The notes beneath the pieces are model-generated. The model did no database searches and was not told the origin of the DNA. It saw nothing but the letters and a program-made list of their open reading frames with translations. The translations under genes were made by a program, and so were the position numbers. From Candidatus Omnitrophota bacterium (GTDB lineage Bacteria > Omnitrophota > Gorgyraeia > Gygaellales > Profunditerraquicolaceae), in assembly GCA_041649385.1 (NCBI GenBank), contig JBAZNG010000002.1, positions 1-45,801 of the forward strand: a stretch of DNA of 45,801 nt, given 5' to 3'. Position 1 is the first letter of the stretch; each line of letters starts with the position of its first letter. Shown piece by piece: positions 9,141-19,207 of this stretch.

Positions 9141-9398
9141 AAATCTAATCTCAAAGAAATACTTCAGTTGTTTTCTAATGAATCTATGACCGGAACCGCT
9201 TTTTAGAAATATCTCCCTACCTTCTGCATCACGTTTATCTAAATATGCTTCGTAATAAATTAACTCTAACGGTCTTCTGCGCTTTGTCGCTTTAACACTA
9301 CCACTGCAATGTTTTTCGAAGCGGCTATGAACATCTTCTGAAAAACCGATATATAGCTTATTGTCCTTCTTACTTAAAAGAATGTAGACAAAATACAT
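9102..9398 (-). CDS. GIY-YIG nuclease family protein
   Basis: 98 aa, MYFVYILLSKKDNKLYIGFSEDVHSRFEKH...RRRPLELIYYEAY...REIFLKSGSG, the canonical GIY...YIG...R...E pattern. The last 13 codons are read through the 5' part of the tRNA-Met gene. Confidence 0.8.
   Translation of the reverse strand: MYFVYILLSKKDNKLYIGFSEDVHSRFEKHCSGSVKATKRRRPLELIYYEAYLDKRDAEGREIFLKSGSGHRFIRKQLKYFFEIRFRGVEQPGSSQGS
9122..9145. repeat. 24-bp direct repeat copy A (5' 19 nt of tRNA-Met plus 5 nt of leader)
   Basis: CAGGCTGCTCCACCCCGCGAAATC is identical to 9478-9501. Confidence 0.9.
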
Positions 9399-9410
9399 TA
9401 TAGTCTACCA

Positions 9411-9477
9411 CCACGTAAAATGGCCTTCGGCCATTACGTGGTTGCCCCGTGGACGCGCTTCGCGCGTCTTTACGGGG
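9411..9477. repeat. two adjacent two-tier hairpins with a TTC triloop
   Basis: 9411-9441 reads CCACGTA(AA)ATGGCC-TTC-GGCCATTACGTGG. 9445-9477 reads CCCCGT(G)GACGCGC-TTC-GCGCGTC(TTT)ACGGGG. Confidence 0.8.
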
Positions 9478-9501
9478 CAGGCTGCTCCACCCCGCGAAAT
9501 C
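9478..9501. repeat. 24-bp direct repeat copy B (orphan tRNA-Met 5' fragment directly after the ftsB stop)
   Basis: CAGGCTGCTCCACCCCGCGAAATC is identical to 9122-9145. Confidence 0.9.
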
Positions 9502-9505
9502 AAAT

Positions 9506-9787
9506 TTACCTTTGATGCTCCGAGATTATCTTTACGGGTATCTCGCCTTTTCTGACCACGCCCATTTTTTCCCGGGCGATCTTTTCCTGGTAAACCGGGT
9601 CGCTCTCGGCGCGTTTAAGCTCTTCCTGCAAAAGAAAATTCTCTACTGTGATCTTCTTGAATTTATCCTCTAAGTCCCTGTTCTTATCCCTTAATTCCTG
9701 CAGTTTAGTGTACCCCGGCAGGAATAAGACCAAAAACAGAACAGCGATCCCAAAAAGCCAGAATGCTTTTTTTAACGAGGAGAACAT
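9506..9787 (-). CDS. ftsB: septum formation initiator (FtsB/DivIC family)
   Basis: 93 aa with an N-terminal TM helix then a coiled coil (LQELRDKNRDLEDKFKK...). The position immediately downstream of eno is a common arrangement. Confidence 0.7.
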   Translation of the reverse strand: MFSSLKKAFWLFGIAVLFLVLFLPGYTKLQELRDKNRDLEDKFKKITVENFLLQEELKRAESDPVYQEKIAREKMGVVRKGEIPVKIISEHQR

Positions 9788-11080
<1,293 letters not shown>

Positions 11081-11123
11081 TTAAGGCTTATGAAATAAGT
11101 TTGGGAAATTTATTAACTTCATA

Positions 11124-11131
11124 ATTATACA
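11124..11131 (-). promoter_or_regulatory. extended -10 (TGTATAAT) candidate promoter for eno
   Basis: The minus strand reads TGTGTATAATTAT about 65 nt upstream of the eno ATG. The same box is used upstream of the 8516..8905 gene. Confidence 0.35.
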
Positions 11132-11151
11132 CATAAAATAACCTAAGTCAA

Positions 11152-11223
11152 GGAAACTGTTTCCAACCCAAAGGAGAAACTGTTTTCCTCACAAAATGGA
11201 AACAGTTTCCGGTGGCAGTTTCC
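11152..11223. promoter_or_regulatory. array of GGAAAC-N-GTTTCC palindromes (putative operator array) in the eno / ftsH-like divergent region
   Basis: GGAAACTGTTTCC lies at 11152-11164, GGAGAAACTGTTTTCC at 11173-11188 and GGAAACAGTTTCC at 11198-11210. Their centres are 23 bp apart. An extra half-site GCAGTTTCC lies at 11215-11223. Confidence 0.5.
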
Positions 11224-11303
11224 GGTGGAAAAAGATAATGTTTGACTTGCCTTTTAGGATATGCTATTTTTTATGTAACCTTAAAGCATAAAAGAGGTAA
11301 ACG

Positions 11304-12953
11304 ATGAATTGGAAGAAATTCAGGTTCTACATAAAGCTCCATTGGTTAAAAGCGCTGCTTACTCTGGTGTTAGGCGGCTTAGGCATATCTTTAATATTCT
11401 TCATCATCATCGGCCTGCGCGCCTGGAATGAATCAGAATCTTACCTGCGCCAATCACAGCTGGCCATGGTGCCGCTGCAGCTATACCTGCAGATCATTAT
11501 GGCGATCATCTTCGGCTTTGTGTATACCTTCCTTATGTACTGGCTTTATTTTAAGCGCGGCGCCCAGTCCTTTGCCCAGGCCCAAAAGAAATCCGTTGCT
11601 GGAAAAGAAATAGGCATTACCTGGAATGATGTCATCGGTATGGATGAAGCTAAAGAAGAGGCGCTGGAAGTTGTCAAACTGATCACTGACCGCGCCAGCC
11701 TCCAGCGCATCGGAGGAAAGATCTTAAGGGGCATCCTGATGCTCGGGCCGCCGGGATGCGGAAAAACTTACCTGGCCAAAGCCATTGCCACAGAAGCAAA
11801 ACTTCCTTTTATCTCCATGTCCGGCTCTGAATTCGTCGAGATGTTCGTCGGCGTAGGCGCCGGCCGCGTGCGCAGTTTGTTCAAAAAAGCCCAGCAGCTT
11901 GCCGAGCTTGAAGGCGGCTGCATCATCTTTATTGACGAGATCGACGCTATCGGGGCGCAGCGCTCCATGGACCGCGGTTTCGGCGGTACAACAGAACACA
12001 ATACGACGCTTAACCAGTTGCTCGTGGAGATGGACGGATTAAAGGACAAAGACCACAATATCGTGCTCATCGGCGCGACCAACGCGCCGGATATGTATTT
12101 AGACCAGGCGCTCTTAAGGCCGGGAAGATTTGACCGCAAGATCATCGTGGATATGCCTAACCTGGAAGACCGGCAGAAACTTTTCGCTTATTACCTTAAA
12201 ACCGTAAAATACGACCCGGCGGATATAAAAATAGACCGCTTGGCCAGGATTACCGTTGGCCAAAGCCCGGCGGATATCGCCAATATCGTACGCGAGGCGG
12301 CGCTGATCACCGTGCGTAACCAGCATGAATCTATCTCGATGAAGGAGATTGATGAAGCCAGGGAAAGGATCGCTTTAGGGATAAAACGCAGGATCAAATT
12401 AAGCGATAAGGAAAAATGGCAGACCGCCTATCACGAAGCAGGCCATGCCATTACCACTTACCTTCTGGCTCCCACTCAAGATGTCTTCAAGATCACGATC
12501 ACCCCGCGCGGGCCGACTGGCGGGGCGACCTGGACCCCGGAAAGAGAAGATACTTTCATTAAGGATTCAAATAAAATGCTCAGCCAGATCAAAATATGCC
12601 TGGGCTCATACGCGGCGGAAAAGATCAAATATAACGCCACGACCAACGGCGTATTCGGCGATTTCTCCACGGCCATGCATTACGCCCACCAGATGGTCTG
12701 GAACGTAGGCATGGGTAAATCCGGCCTGCTGGGAAACTGGGAGATACTAAGGAATGTCTCCGAAGAGATCAAGGCCAGGCTGGATACGGATGTTCAGGAT
12801 ATCTTAAAAACCTGTTTGGAAGAAGTAACTGCTTTGCTTAAAAAAGAAGAAGCTTTATTAGACCGGCTGGCCAAAGAGCTGGTGGAGAAAAACGAGCTTA
12901 ACTATGATGAAATCGAGGCTATCTTTAAAGAGTTTGGCAAGAACCGGCCTTAA
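11304..12953 (+). CDS. ftsH: FtsH-family ATP-dependent zinc metalloprotease (short periplasmic loop variant)
   Basis: 549 aa with two N-terminal TM helices, Walker A GPPGCGKT, Walker B IIFIDEID, second region of homology ATNAPDMYLDQALLRPGRFD, and zinc motif HEAGHA. Confidence 0.85.
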   Translation: MNWKKFRFYIKLHWLKALLTLVLGGLGISLIFFIIIGLRAWNESESYLRQSQLAMVPLQLYLQIIMAIIFGFVYTFLMYWLYFKRGAQSFAQAQKKSVAGKEIGITWNDVIGMDEAKEEALEVVKLITDRASLQRIGGKILRGILMLGPPGCGKTYLAKAIATEAKLPFISMSGSEFVEMFVGVGAGRVRSLFKKAQQLAELEGGCIIFIDEIDAIGAQRSMDRGFGGTTEHNTTLNQLLVEMDGLKDKDHNIVLIGATNAPDMYLDQALLRPGRFDRKIIVDMPNLEDRQKLFAYYLKTVKYDPADIKIDRLARITVGQSPADIANIVREAALITVRNQHESISMKEIDEARERIALGIKRRIKLSDKEKWQTAYHEAGHAITTYLLAPTQDVFKITITPRGPTGGATWTPEREDTFIKDSNKMLSQIKICLGSYAAEKIKYNATTNGVFGDFSTAMHYAHQMVWNVGMGKSGLLGNWEILRNVSEEIKARLDTDVQDILKTCLEEVTALLKKEEALLDRLAKELVEKNELNYDEIEAIFKEFGKNRP

Positions 12954-13791
12954 ACTTTTCATCATTGCCTGTATCAGCTGCGGCTGCAACGCCAGCACCA
13001 AACCCTCCTTCTTAAAAGAAGAAGCCCCCCAGGCGATCCAGGAGATCTGCAAAAACGAATACAAACTGGATGTAAAAGCTAGGCTTGTCGGCCAGACCCT
13101 ATGGATCTACCTGCCCTTAAAGAACCTGCTCTCCCGCCCGGATAAACCGGAAAAGTATACTGAACGTTTCATCGTTGAGAAAACCAACATCATTTTCAGG
13201 GATAAGCGGATCAAGGCAGATTACCTGATCAGGCCTATCCCGGAAAAAGAAAGCCTGCAGGATATGTCTATTGATAAACAGGCGGCAGAAAGCATTTTTA
13301 ATATCCTTCAGGTGGCCCGGCGCGTACTTTTTAGCATTGACCAGGCGCACGATAAAGCACCGCTCTTCTTCTGTATCGTAGTCGCGGATATCAAGAACGG
13401 TTTTGAGATCAAGGAAGTATTCTATTATTTAGACCTTAAAAAGATCTCTTATGGTTTTATATCCCAGACAGAATACCATCACCGCATCGTCCAGGAAACA
13501 AACATCTCCCCTTTAATTATCGGAGACAGCGAAGGCAAACATTTAGACTATACGGACATAACAGAGGAAGAGTTTCTTGCCGCGCAGATACAGCATCGCA
13601 TAAGGCTCAAATTCCAGAAACCGGAAGTGCAAAGAAACGCGGATATTGATAAAGAAATACTCAAGGTAATCGCCTATACTTTAGATGCCTATAAATATAA
13701 AAACCTGCTCACCCTGGAAACCGATAACCTCTCCAGCGGCAACAGGTCAATCTTAAACCAGGCGGCTTTACGCGCCAACTCTAACGATTAA
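12904..13791 (+). CDS. hypothetical exported/lipoprotein-like protein
   Basis: 295 aa with an N-terminal basic-then-hydrophobic segment ending ...IIACISCGC. The start overlaps the ftsH 3' end by 50 nt and no in-frame alternative start lies after the ftsH stop. Confidence 0.55.
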   Translation: MMKSRLSLKSLARTGLKLFIIACISCGCNASTKPSFLKEEAPQAIQEICKNEYKLDVKARLVGQTLWIYLPLKNLLSRPDKPEKYTERFIVEKTNIIFRDKRIKADYLIRPIPEKESLQDMSIDKQAAESIFNILQVARRVLFSIDQAHDKAPLFFCIVVADIKNGFEIKEVFYYLDLKKISYGFISQTEYHHRIVQETNISPLIIGDSEGKHLDYTDITEEEFLAAQIQHRIRLKFQKPEVQRNADIDKEILKVIAYTLDAYKYKNLLTLETDNLSSGNRSILNQAALRANSND

Positions 13792-14413
13792 GCGCTTTCC
13801 CCTTCCTGCCACGAACCTTTAACTTTCCTTTTACGAATAACCGGATCGCTTCCGGATAGAGTTTATGCTCTATCGCATGGATCTTTTTTTCCAAAACAGG
13901 CAAAGTATCCCGGCGGCCGATCTTCAATGACTCCTGCAGTATGATCGGCCCATGATCCATCAATGCGTCCACAAAATGCACAGTCACTCCGGTATTTCCC
14001 ACTCCAGAGATAAACGCGTCGCGTATGGCAGTTGAACCTTTGAAAGCTGGTAGTAGCGAAGGATGAATATTTAAGATCCTTGAAGGGAAACTCTTTACGA
14101 ATTTAGCGCTTAACATGCGCATGAAACCGGCTAATACCACAAGGCCAATGCGCTCTTCCTTTAAACGCTGGGCGATCGCCTGCTCAAAAGAAGCGCGGTC
14201 GCAAAAATCCTCGCGGCAGGCCAAAAGCGTCTTTATTTTAAACGCTTTAGCCCGGCGGATAACTAAAGCGCTCGGATTATCACAAACCAGCAAAGCAATA
14301 CGCGCGCCGGCCAGTTCACCTTTTTTGGCTGCCCGGGCAATAGCGCTAAAATTACTTCCGCGCCCAGAAGCAAATACAGCTATCTTCAACCTTGCATTCC
14401 TTTCCGCTCTCAA
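13781..14413 (-). CDS. purN: phosphoribosylglycinamide formyltransferase
   Basis: 210 aa with FASGRGSNF, LAGFMRML, NIHPSLLPAFKG and TGVTVHFVD motifs. Confidence 0.9.
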   Translation of the reverse strand: MRAERNARLKIAVFASGRGSNFSAIARAAKKGELAGARIALLVCDNPSALVIRRAKAFKIKTLLACREDFCDRASFEQAIAQRLKEERIGLVVLAGFMRMLSAKFVKSFPSRILNIHPSLLPAFKGSTAIRDAFISGVGNTGVTVHFVDALMDHGPIILQESLKIGRRDTLPVLEKKIHAIEHKLYPEAIRLFVKGKLKVRGRKGKALNR

Positions 14414-14424
14414 AGCCCTATGTT

Positions 14425-15231
14425 TTAGGTAAACTTTTGGGCCTCAACAGGCATTTTTATCGCGTGAGTAGGGCAAACCTTAACGCACTCTCCGCAAGAA
14501 GTACATTTATGATAATCTATCACTGCTAAATTATCTATGACAGTCAAGGCGCTGAATTTACAGGCTTTTTCGCAAAGCTTGCAGCCGATACAGCCTACAG
14601 AACAGGCCATCTTGACCTCTTTACCGAAATCATGCGAATTACAACAAACCGTGACAACCCCGGTTATCGGGGCAAGGGCAATAAGCTTCTTTGGGCAGGC
14701 CAGGACGCATTTATTGCAGGCGCGGCATTTATTTTGATCTATCACAGGAAGCTTTTCTTCCGACATGGAGATAGCGCCAAAAGGGCAGGCCTTTGCGCAT
14801 GTCCCAAACCCTAAGCATCCGAAAACGCAGGCCTTGCTGCCGCCGGCAACAAGATTTGCCGCCAGGCAATCATTTATCCCGCTATAAATAAACCTCTCTT
14901 TGACTTTTGCGCCACCCTGGCAATGCAAAACAGCGGTCCGCCTTATCTTCTTCTCCAGGCTTGTGCCAAGGATCCTGGCAATCTCCTCCCTGGACGCTTC
15001 ATTGCTTACGCGGCAGGCATCAACTACGGCTTTGGAACTGACTAAACTCTCCGCAAAACCGAAACAACCGGGGTTACCGCAGGCGCCACAGTTGGCTCCG
15101 GGCAAAAGATGAAAAACCTTTTCCACTTTCTCATCAATATGCACAGCCAGCTTCTTGGAAGCAATAGCCAGGCCAATGCCAAAAAACAGGCCCAAGAAAC
15201 CCAGAACCAGGATAGCGAAAATTATTTCCAT
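14425..15231 (-). CDS. rnfB: Rnf electron transport complex subunit B
   Basis: 268 aa with an N-terminal TM helix, the GANCGACGNPGC cluster, and several CxxCxxCxxxCP 4Fe-4S motifs. Confidence 0.85.
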   Translation of the reverse strand: MEIIFAILVLGFLGLFFGIGLAIASKKLAVHIDEKVEKVFHLLPGANCGACGNPGCFGFAESLVSSKAVVDACRVSNEASREEIARILGTSLEKKIRRTAVLHCQGGAKVKERFIYSGINDCLAANLVAGGSKACVFGCLGFGTCAKACPFGAISMSEEKLPVIDQNKCRACNKCVLACPKKLIALAPITGVVTVCCNSHDFGKEVKMACSVGCIGCKLCEKACKFSALTVIDNLAVIDYHKCTSCGECVKVCPTHAIKMPVEAQKFT

Positions 15232-15233
15232 TT

Positions 15234-15842
15234 TTAAAATTTAAACCCGTTAAAACCCATGAAACTTAAGCTCAATATGGCGGCGATGATAAAGGCCAGG
15301 GGGAACTCCTTGAAACTTTCCGGGACTTTGCAAAACTCCAGCCTCTCCCTTATCCCGGACATTAAAAGCATGGCCAGCGTATAACCGATCCCGACGCAAA
15401 TACCCTGGAAAAGCGAATAATAGAAACTACCTGCCACAGCCTTGCCGTTAATAAAAAACATATCGATATTCAATACGGCTACGCCTAAAACAGCGCAGTT
15501 GACCGTGATCAGCGGCAGGTATATGCCAAAAGCGCGGTACATCTGCGGATTGGTCTTTCGGATCACCATCTCCACTAATTGTACGCTGGTGGCGATGACT
15601 AAAATAAAAGAAATTGTCCGCAGGTAAGTCAACTCAAGCGGCATCAAGAGAAACCGGTAAACAAACCAGGTGATCACAGAAGACATCACGATCACAAACA
15701 TTACCGCGCCGCTCATCGCCAAAGCGGGCTTTGTTTCCTTGGAGATAGCGATAAAAGAACATAGCCCCAGGAAACGCGAAAGTATGACGTTATAAATAAA
15801 TACCGAAGATATGAATATGGTCAAAAATTCCTGCAGGTTCAT
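15234..15842 (-). CDS. rnfA: Rnf complex subunit A
   Basis: 202-aa polytopic membrane protein, RnfA/NqrE-like (FGIYLPLITVNCAVLG). Confidence 0.85.
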   Translation of the reverse strand: MNLQEFLTIFISSVFIYNVILSRFLGLCSFIAISKETKPALAMSGAVMFVIVMSSVITWFVYRFLLMPLELTYLRTISFILVIATSVQLVEMVIRKTNPQMYRAFGIYLPLITVNCAVLGVAVLNIDMFFINGKAVAGSFYYSLFQGICVGIGYTLAMLLMSGIRERLEFCKVPESFKEFPLAFIIAAILSLSFMGFNGFKF

Positions 15843-16432
15843 GCCTTCCTTCTTTTTAAGTAATTAAAGAAACCTAACAATAACCCGATGACTAAAAGCG
15901 CTCCCGGCGGCCCGGCAAAAACAAATACCGGCTCAAATGAACCGATCAGGGTATGGCCGAATATTTTGCCTGTGCCAAGCAGCTCGCGAATAGCCGAAAT
16001 AAGCAAGAGCGCAAGGGTAAAACCTACGCCCATGCCTAAGCCATCAAAGAAAGAAGCAGCTACGCTGTTCTTGCAGGCGAACGCTTCCGCCCTGCCTAAA
16101 ACCATGCAGTTGACCACGATCAAAGGCACATAGATACCCAGCGCCCTGTCTAAGACCGGGCTATAAGCTTTCATGCAAAGCTCGGCAATAGTCACAAAAG
16201 TGGCAATCACCACGATATAACAGGGTATGCGCACCTTATCCGGGATAAATTTCTTTATCAAAGAAATGATCATACTCGAGCCCAAAAGCACAAATGTCGC
16301 GGCTATCCCCATGCCAATTCCATTAGAGACCGAGACAGAGACAGCCAAAGTCGGGCACAAGCCCAAAGCCAGCACAAATGTGGGGTTTTCCCTGATAATA
16401 CCTTTGATAAATTCCTGGAATAGTTTCTTCAT
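15839..16432 (-). CDS. rnfE: Rnf complex subunit E
   Basis: 197 aa, RnfE/NqrD-like (NPTFVLALGLCPTLAVS; LGIYVPLIVVNCMVLGRAEAFA). Confidence 0.85.
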   Translation of the reverse strand: MKKLFQEFIKGIIRENPTFVLALGLCPTLAVSVSVSNGIGMGIAATFVLLGSSMIISLIKKFIPDKVRIPCYIVVIATFVTIAELCMKAYSPVLDRALGIYVPLIVVNCMVLGRAEAFACKNSVAASFFDGLGMGVGFTLALLLISAIRELLGTGKIFGHTLIGSFEPVFVFAGPPGALLVIGLLLGFFNYLKRRKA

Positions 16433-16480
16433 ATTAAATCCTTCGCCTTCACCTAAAAACTAGAACCTAACACCTATCAC

Positions 16481-17428
16481 CTAAATAGTCCCGTAAACTC
16501 TACTCTTGGTATAGCGGTCAATAAAAGGCGTTGCCGCGTTCATCATCAGTATAGAATAAGCCACGCCTTCCGGGTATCCTCCCCAGAGACGGATCACTCC
16601 CGTCAATAATCCGCAGCCGACAGCAAAGATGATCTGCCCCTTTCTGGTCAGCGGCGTAGCAACATAATCCGTGGCCATAAAAAACGCACCCAGGATCAGG
16701 CCGCCGGACAAAATATGGAATAACCAATCACCGGCAAACAGGTGTTTACCGCCAAATATATAGATGAATACGCCTGTGGTAGCGATATAGGTAAACGGGA
16801 TATGCCAGGAGATATAACCTTTGATCAACAAGATTACCGCGCCAAGCAGCAATGCAAGTATGCACACTTCGCCGATACATCCGCCGCGCAAGCCTAAAAG
16901 AAGATCCCACGTTGATAGATGCTCTATGACCTTGCCTTCTTTCAGGGCGGCAAGAGGAGTAGCGCTGGTCACAGTATCATAAGCTAAAGGCCTGATAAAA
17001 GAAGTCATATAATGCGGCCAGGAAGCCATTAAAAAAACCCTGCCGACAAGCGCGGGATTAAAAACATTCTGCCCCAGCCCGCCGAATAACTGCTTTCCGA
17101 TAATAATGGAAAAAACCGCGCCAACTACAGGCATCCATAAAGGTACTCCGGGCGGAAGATTATAAGCTAAGATCAAACCCGTGAGAAAAGCGCTGCCGTC
17201 AAGGACAGTGACCTTCCTTTTAGTGGTTACCTGCCATAATAACTCAGCCAGAAGTGCCGAAAGCACACAAAGAATGATCACCCACAATGCGCTTAATCCA
17301 AAAATAAAGACTCCGGCGCAGCCTGCAGGAATAAGGCTTGCCGCCACCCACCACATGATCTTGGCAGTGGTTTCCCGCGTATGGATATGCGGAGATACGC
17401 TACATTGAAGGTTATTTTTCATAAGCAA
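16481..17428 (-). CDS. rnfD: Rnf complex subunit D
   Basis: 315 aa, RnfD/NqrB-like (SGGLILGAFFMATDYVATP; GGYPEGVAYSILMMNAATPFIDR). Confidence 0.85.
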   Translation of the reverse strand: MLMKNNLQCSVSPHIHTRETTAKIMWWVAASLIPAGCAGVFIFGLSALWVIILCVLSALLAELLWQVTTKRKVTVLDGSAFLTGLILAYNLPPGVPLWMPVVGAVFSIIIGKQLFGGLGQNVFNPALVGRVFLMASWPHYMTSFIRPLAYDTVTSATPLAALKEGKVIEHLSTWDLLLGLRGGCIGEVCILALLLGAVILLIKGYISWHIPFTYIATTGVFIYIFGGKHLFAGDWLFHILSGGLILGAFFMATDYVATPLTRKGQIIFAVGCGLLTGVIRLWGGYPEGVAYSILMMNAATPFIDRYTKSRVYGTI

Positions 17429-17933
17429 TCAATTTTTTTATTTCATTTGCTTTTTCTTTTACGCAAGTTATCACCGCGCGGCTGGAGATCGTCGCGCCGG
17501 TGACCGCCTGCACACCGGAAAGCGCGCTGTCTTTACCGGAGAATTGGCCGGTAAACTTATCCTCGCTTACCTGCGAACCAAGCCCGGGAGTTTCATTCTG
17601 GGAAAGGACTTTAATGGCAACGATCTTGCCGCTTTTAAGCATGCCCGTTAAAACCTCGATCGTGCTGGAGTAACCTTTGGCGCTGGACTTAAAAACCGCG
17701 CCAAGAAATCTACCCGACTTGTCAAAAGCCTTATAGTAATCCGGTTTTCCCGGCCCTTTCATCATCTCAAATCTATCAGCCTGCGGCATGACCTCTTCTA
17801 AAGCCGCCTTTTCCTCATTCGCCTTCTGCTGTGCTATTTTAGGCTTAGTGAGCATATTTACGCCGGCCAGAAGCCCGCCGGATATAGCGCAGATCAAAGC
17901 AAGGATTAACCCGTAACGTAGCATTTCTTTCAT
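17412..17933 (-). CDS. rnfG: Rnf complex subunit G (FMN-binding)
   Basis: 173 aa with an N-terminal TM helix and an FMN_bind-type C-terminus (ETPGLG...VTGATISSRAV). Confidence 0.8.
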   Translation of the reverse strand: MKEMLRYGLILALICAISGGLLAGVNMLTKPKIAQQKANEEKAALEEVMPQADRFEMMKGPGKPDYYKAFDKSGRFLGAVFKSSAKGYSSTIEVLTGMLKSGKIVAIKVLSQNETPGLGSQVSEDKFTGQFSGKDSALSGVQAVTGATISSRAVITCVKEKANEIKKLIAYEK

Positions 17934-19207
17934 TTGATCGTCACCGCCTTCAGTTTCGCCATTTTAATTGACTGGACAAGATTCCTGTTCGCCGGGCAGA
18001 CATAACTGCACAAACCGCACTCTATGCAATCAATAGCCGCGTAATCCTTAGCCGTAGCCCAAAGCTCTTTTTCCGCCGCCAAGTTTATCATGCACGGCAT
18101 CAACCCAGCAGGGCAAGCCCGCACGCAGGCGCCGCAACGGATACAGACATTTTCTTCTAAGACTTTGCTTTCCTCTTTATCCAATAAAAGCACACCATTG
18201 GTAGACTTGATCACCGGGGCATCAAGCGTAAACTGGGAGATCCCCATCATCGGGCCTCCGGTAATCACCTTGACCGGGTCTTTCTTTAAGGGACCGCAGA
18301 AATCGATCAACTCCCTGATCGGCGTGCCTATGCGCACCAATAAATTCTTAGGGTTGCTCAAACAATTTCCCGTAACAGAAACCACCCTCTCGTAAAGAGG
18401 CTTACCTCTATAAACAGCCTCATAAATAGCGTAAACTGTCGCGATATTCTGCACAACTACCCCGATATCAAAAGGCAGCTTGCCCCGCGGTATCTCTTTC
18501 GCCAATATGCTCTGCACCAGTTGTTTCTCCCCGCCCTGAGGATACACTGATTTTAATACCTTGACGATAAAACCATAACGGTTATCAAGGAATTTTCTTA
18601 TCGCCTGGGGCTTATTCTCTTCGATGCCAATATAGATGTTCTTTACTCCCAGGCATTGAGCGGCAAGCCTTATACCAGAATATACCTGCTCTGTCTTTTC
18701 AACCATCAAGCGGTAATCCGCAGCCAGGTAAGGCTCACATTCGGCAGCGTTAATGATCAAGGTATCCACGGGTTTTGAAGGATTAAGTTTTATGTGCGTA
18801 GGAAAGCTTGCCCCGCCCATACCGACGATACCGGCTTCCCGGACTATTCTGATCATCTCAACTTTGCCCAGGCGCGACACTTCATCTTCGCTTCTTAAAC
18901 TCCCCTGCCAATCCTGCGGCTGGCTGTCAGTGTCAATTGTTATTGCGCGCGCTTTGCCTAAAACAGGATGCGCGTAATCCTGCACACTGACCACCTTGCC
19001 GGAGACAGAAGAATGCACTAAAGCGGACAACCCGCTATCCAGCCCTGCGATACGCTGGCCAACCTTGACGATATCCCCGCTTTTTACTTCCGGGTTACAT
19101 ACTTTACCTAAATGCTGGATCAGCGGGATATAGACCCTTGCCGGCAACGGAAGCGCCTCTATCGGCTTATCCTGGACATATTCTTTATTCTCTTTTATTC
19201 TAACCAT
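17930..19207 (-). CDS. rnfC: Rnf complex subunit C
   Basis: 425 aa with GMGGASFPTHIKL and two ferredoxin motifs (CIRCGACVRACP and CIECGLCSYVCP). Confidence 0.9.
   Translation of the reverse strand: MVRIKENKEYVQDKPIEALPLPARVYIPLIQHLGKVCNPEVKSGDIVKVGQRIAGLDSGLSALVHSSVSGKVVSVQDYAHPVLGKARAITIDTDSQPQDWQGSLRSEDEVSRLGKVEMIRIVREAGIVGMGGASFPTHIKLNPSKPVDTLIINAAECEPYLAADYRLMVEKTEQVYSGIRLAAQCLGVKNIYIGIEENKPQAIRKFLDNRYGFIVKVLKSVYPQGGEKQLVQSILAKEIPRGKLPFDIGVVVQNIATVYAIYEAVYRGKPLYERVVSVTGNCLSNPKNLLVRIGTPIRELIDFCGPLKKDPVKVITGGPMMGISQFTLDAPVIKSTNGVLLLDKEESKVLEENVCIRCGACVRACPAGLMPCMINLAAEKELWATAKDYAAIDCIECGLCSYVCPANRNLVQSIKMAKLKAVTIK

Noticed and set aside
9067-9501. Group I intron or permuted tRNA as an explanation for the interrupted-looking tRNA-Met locus
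   Set aside because: The downstream tRNA copy is complete and uninterrupted. The duplicated piece is the 5' acceptor/D-arm rather than an anticodon-loop junction. The ~330-nt insert is mostly an ORF, which is too small and lacks recognisable group I core helices.
11152-11223. CRISPR array or RNA hairpins as an explanation for the GGAAAC/GTTTCC repeats
   Set aside because: The repeats are only 13-16 bp with spacers of about 10 bp, there are three copies, and no cas genes are present. The palindromes have a 1-nt centre and so cannot form RNA hairpin loops. A DNA operator array is more plausible.
11428-12708. Multiple 60-125-aa ORFs on both strands inside the ftsH-like gene
   Set aside because: All are embedded in a gene with unambiguous AAA+ and HEAGH motifs. 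They are shadow ORFs of a relatively GC-rich coding region.
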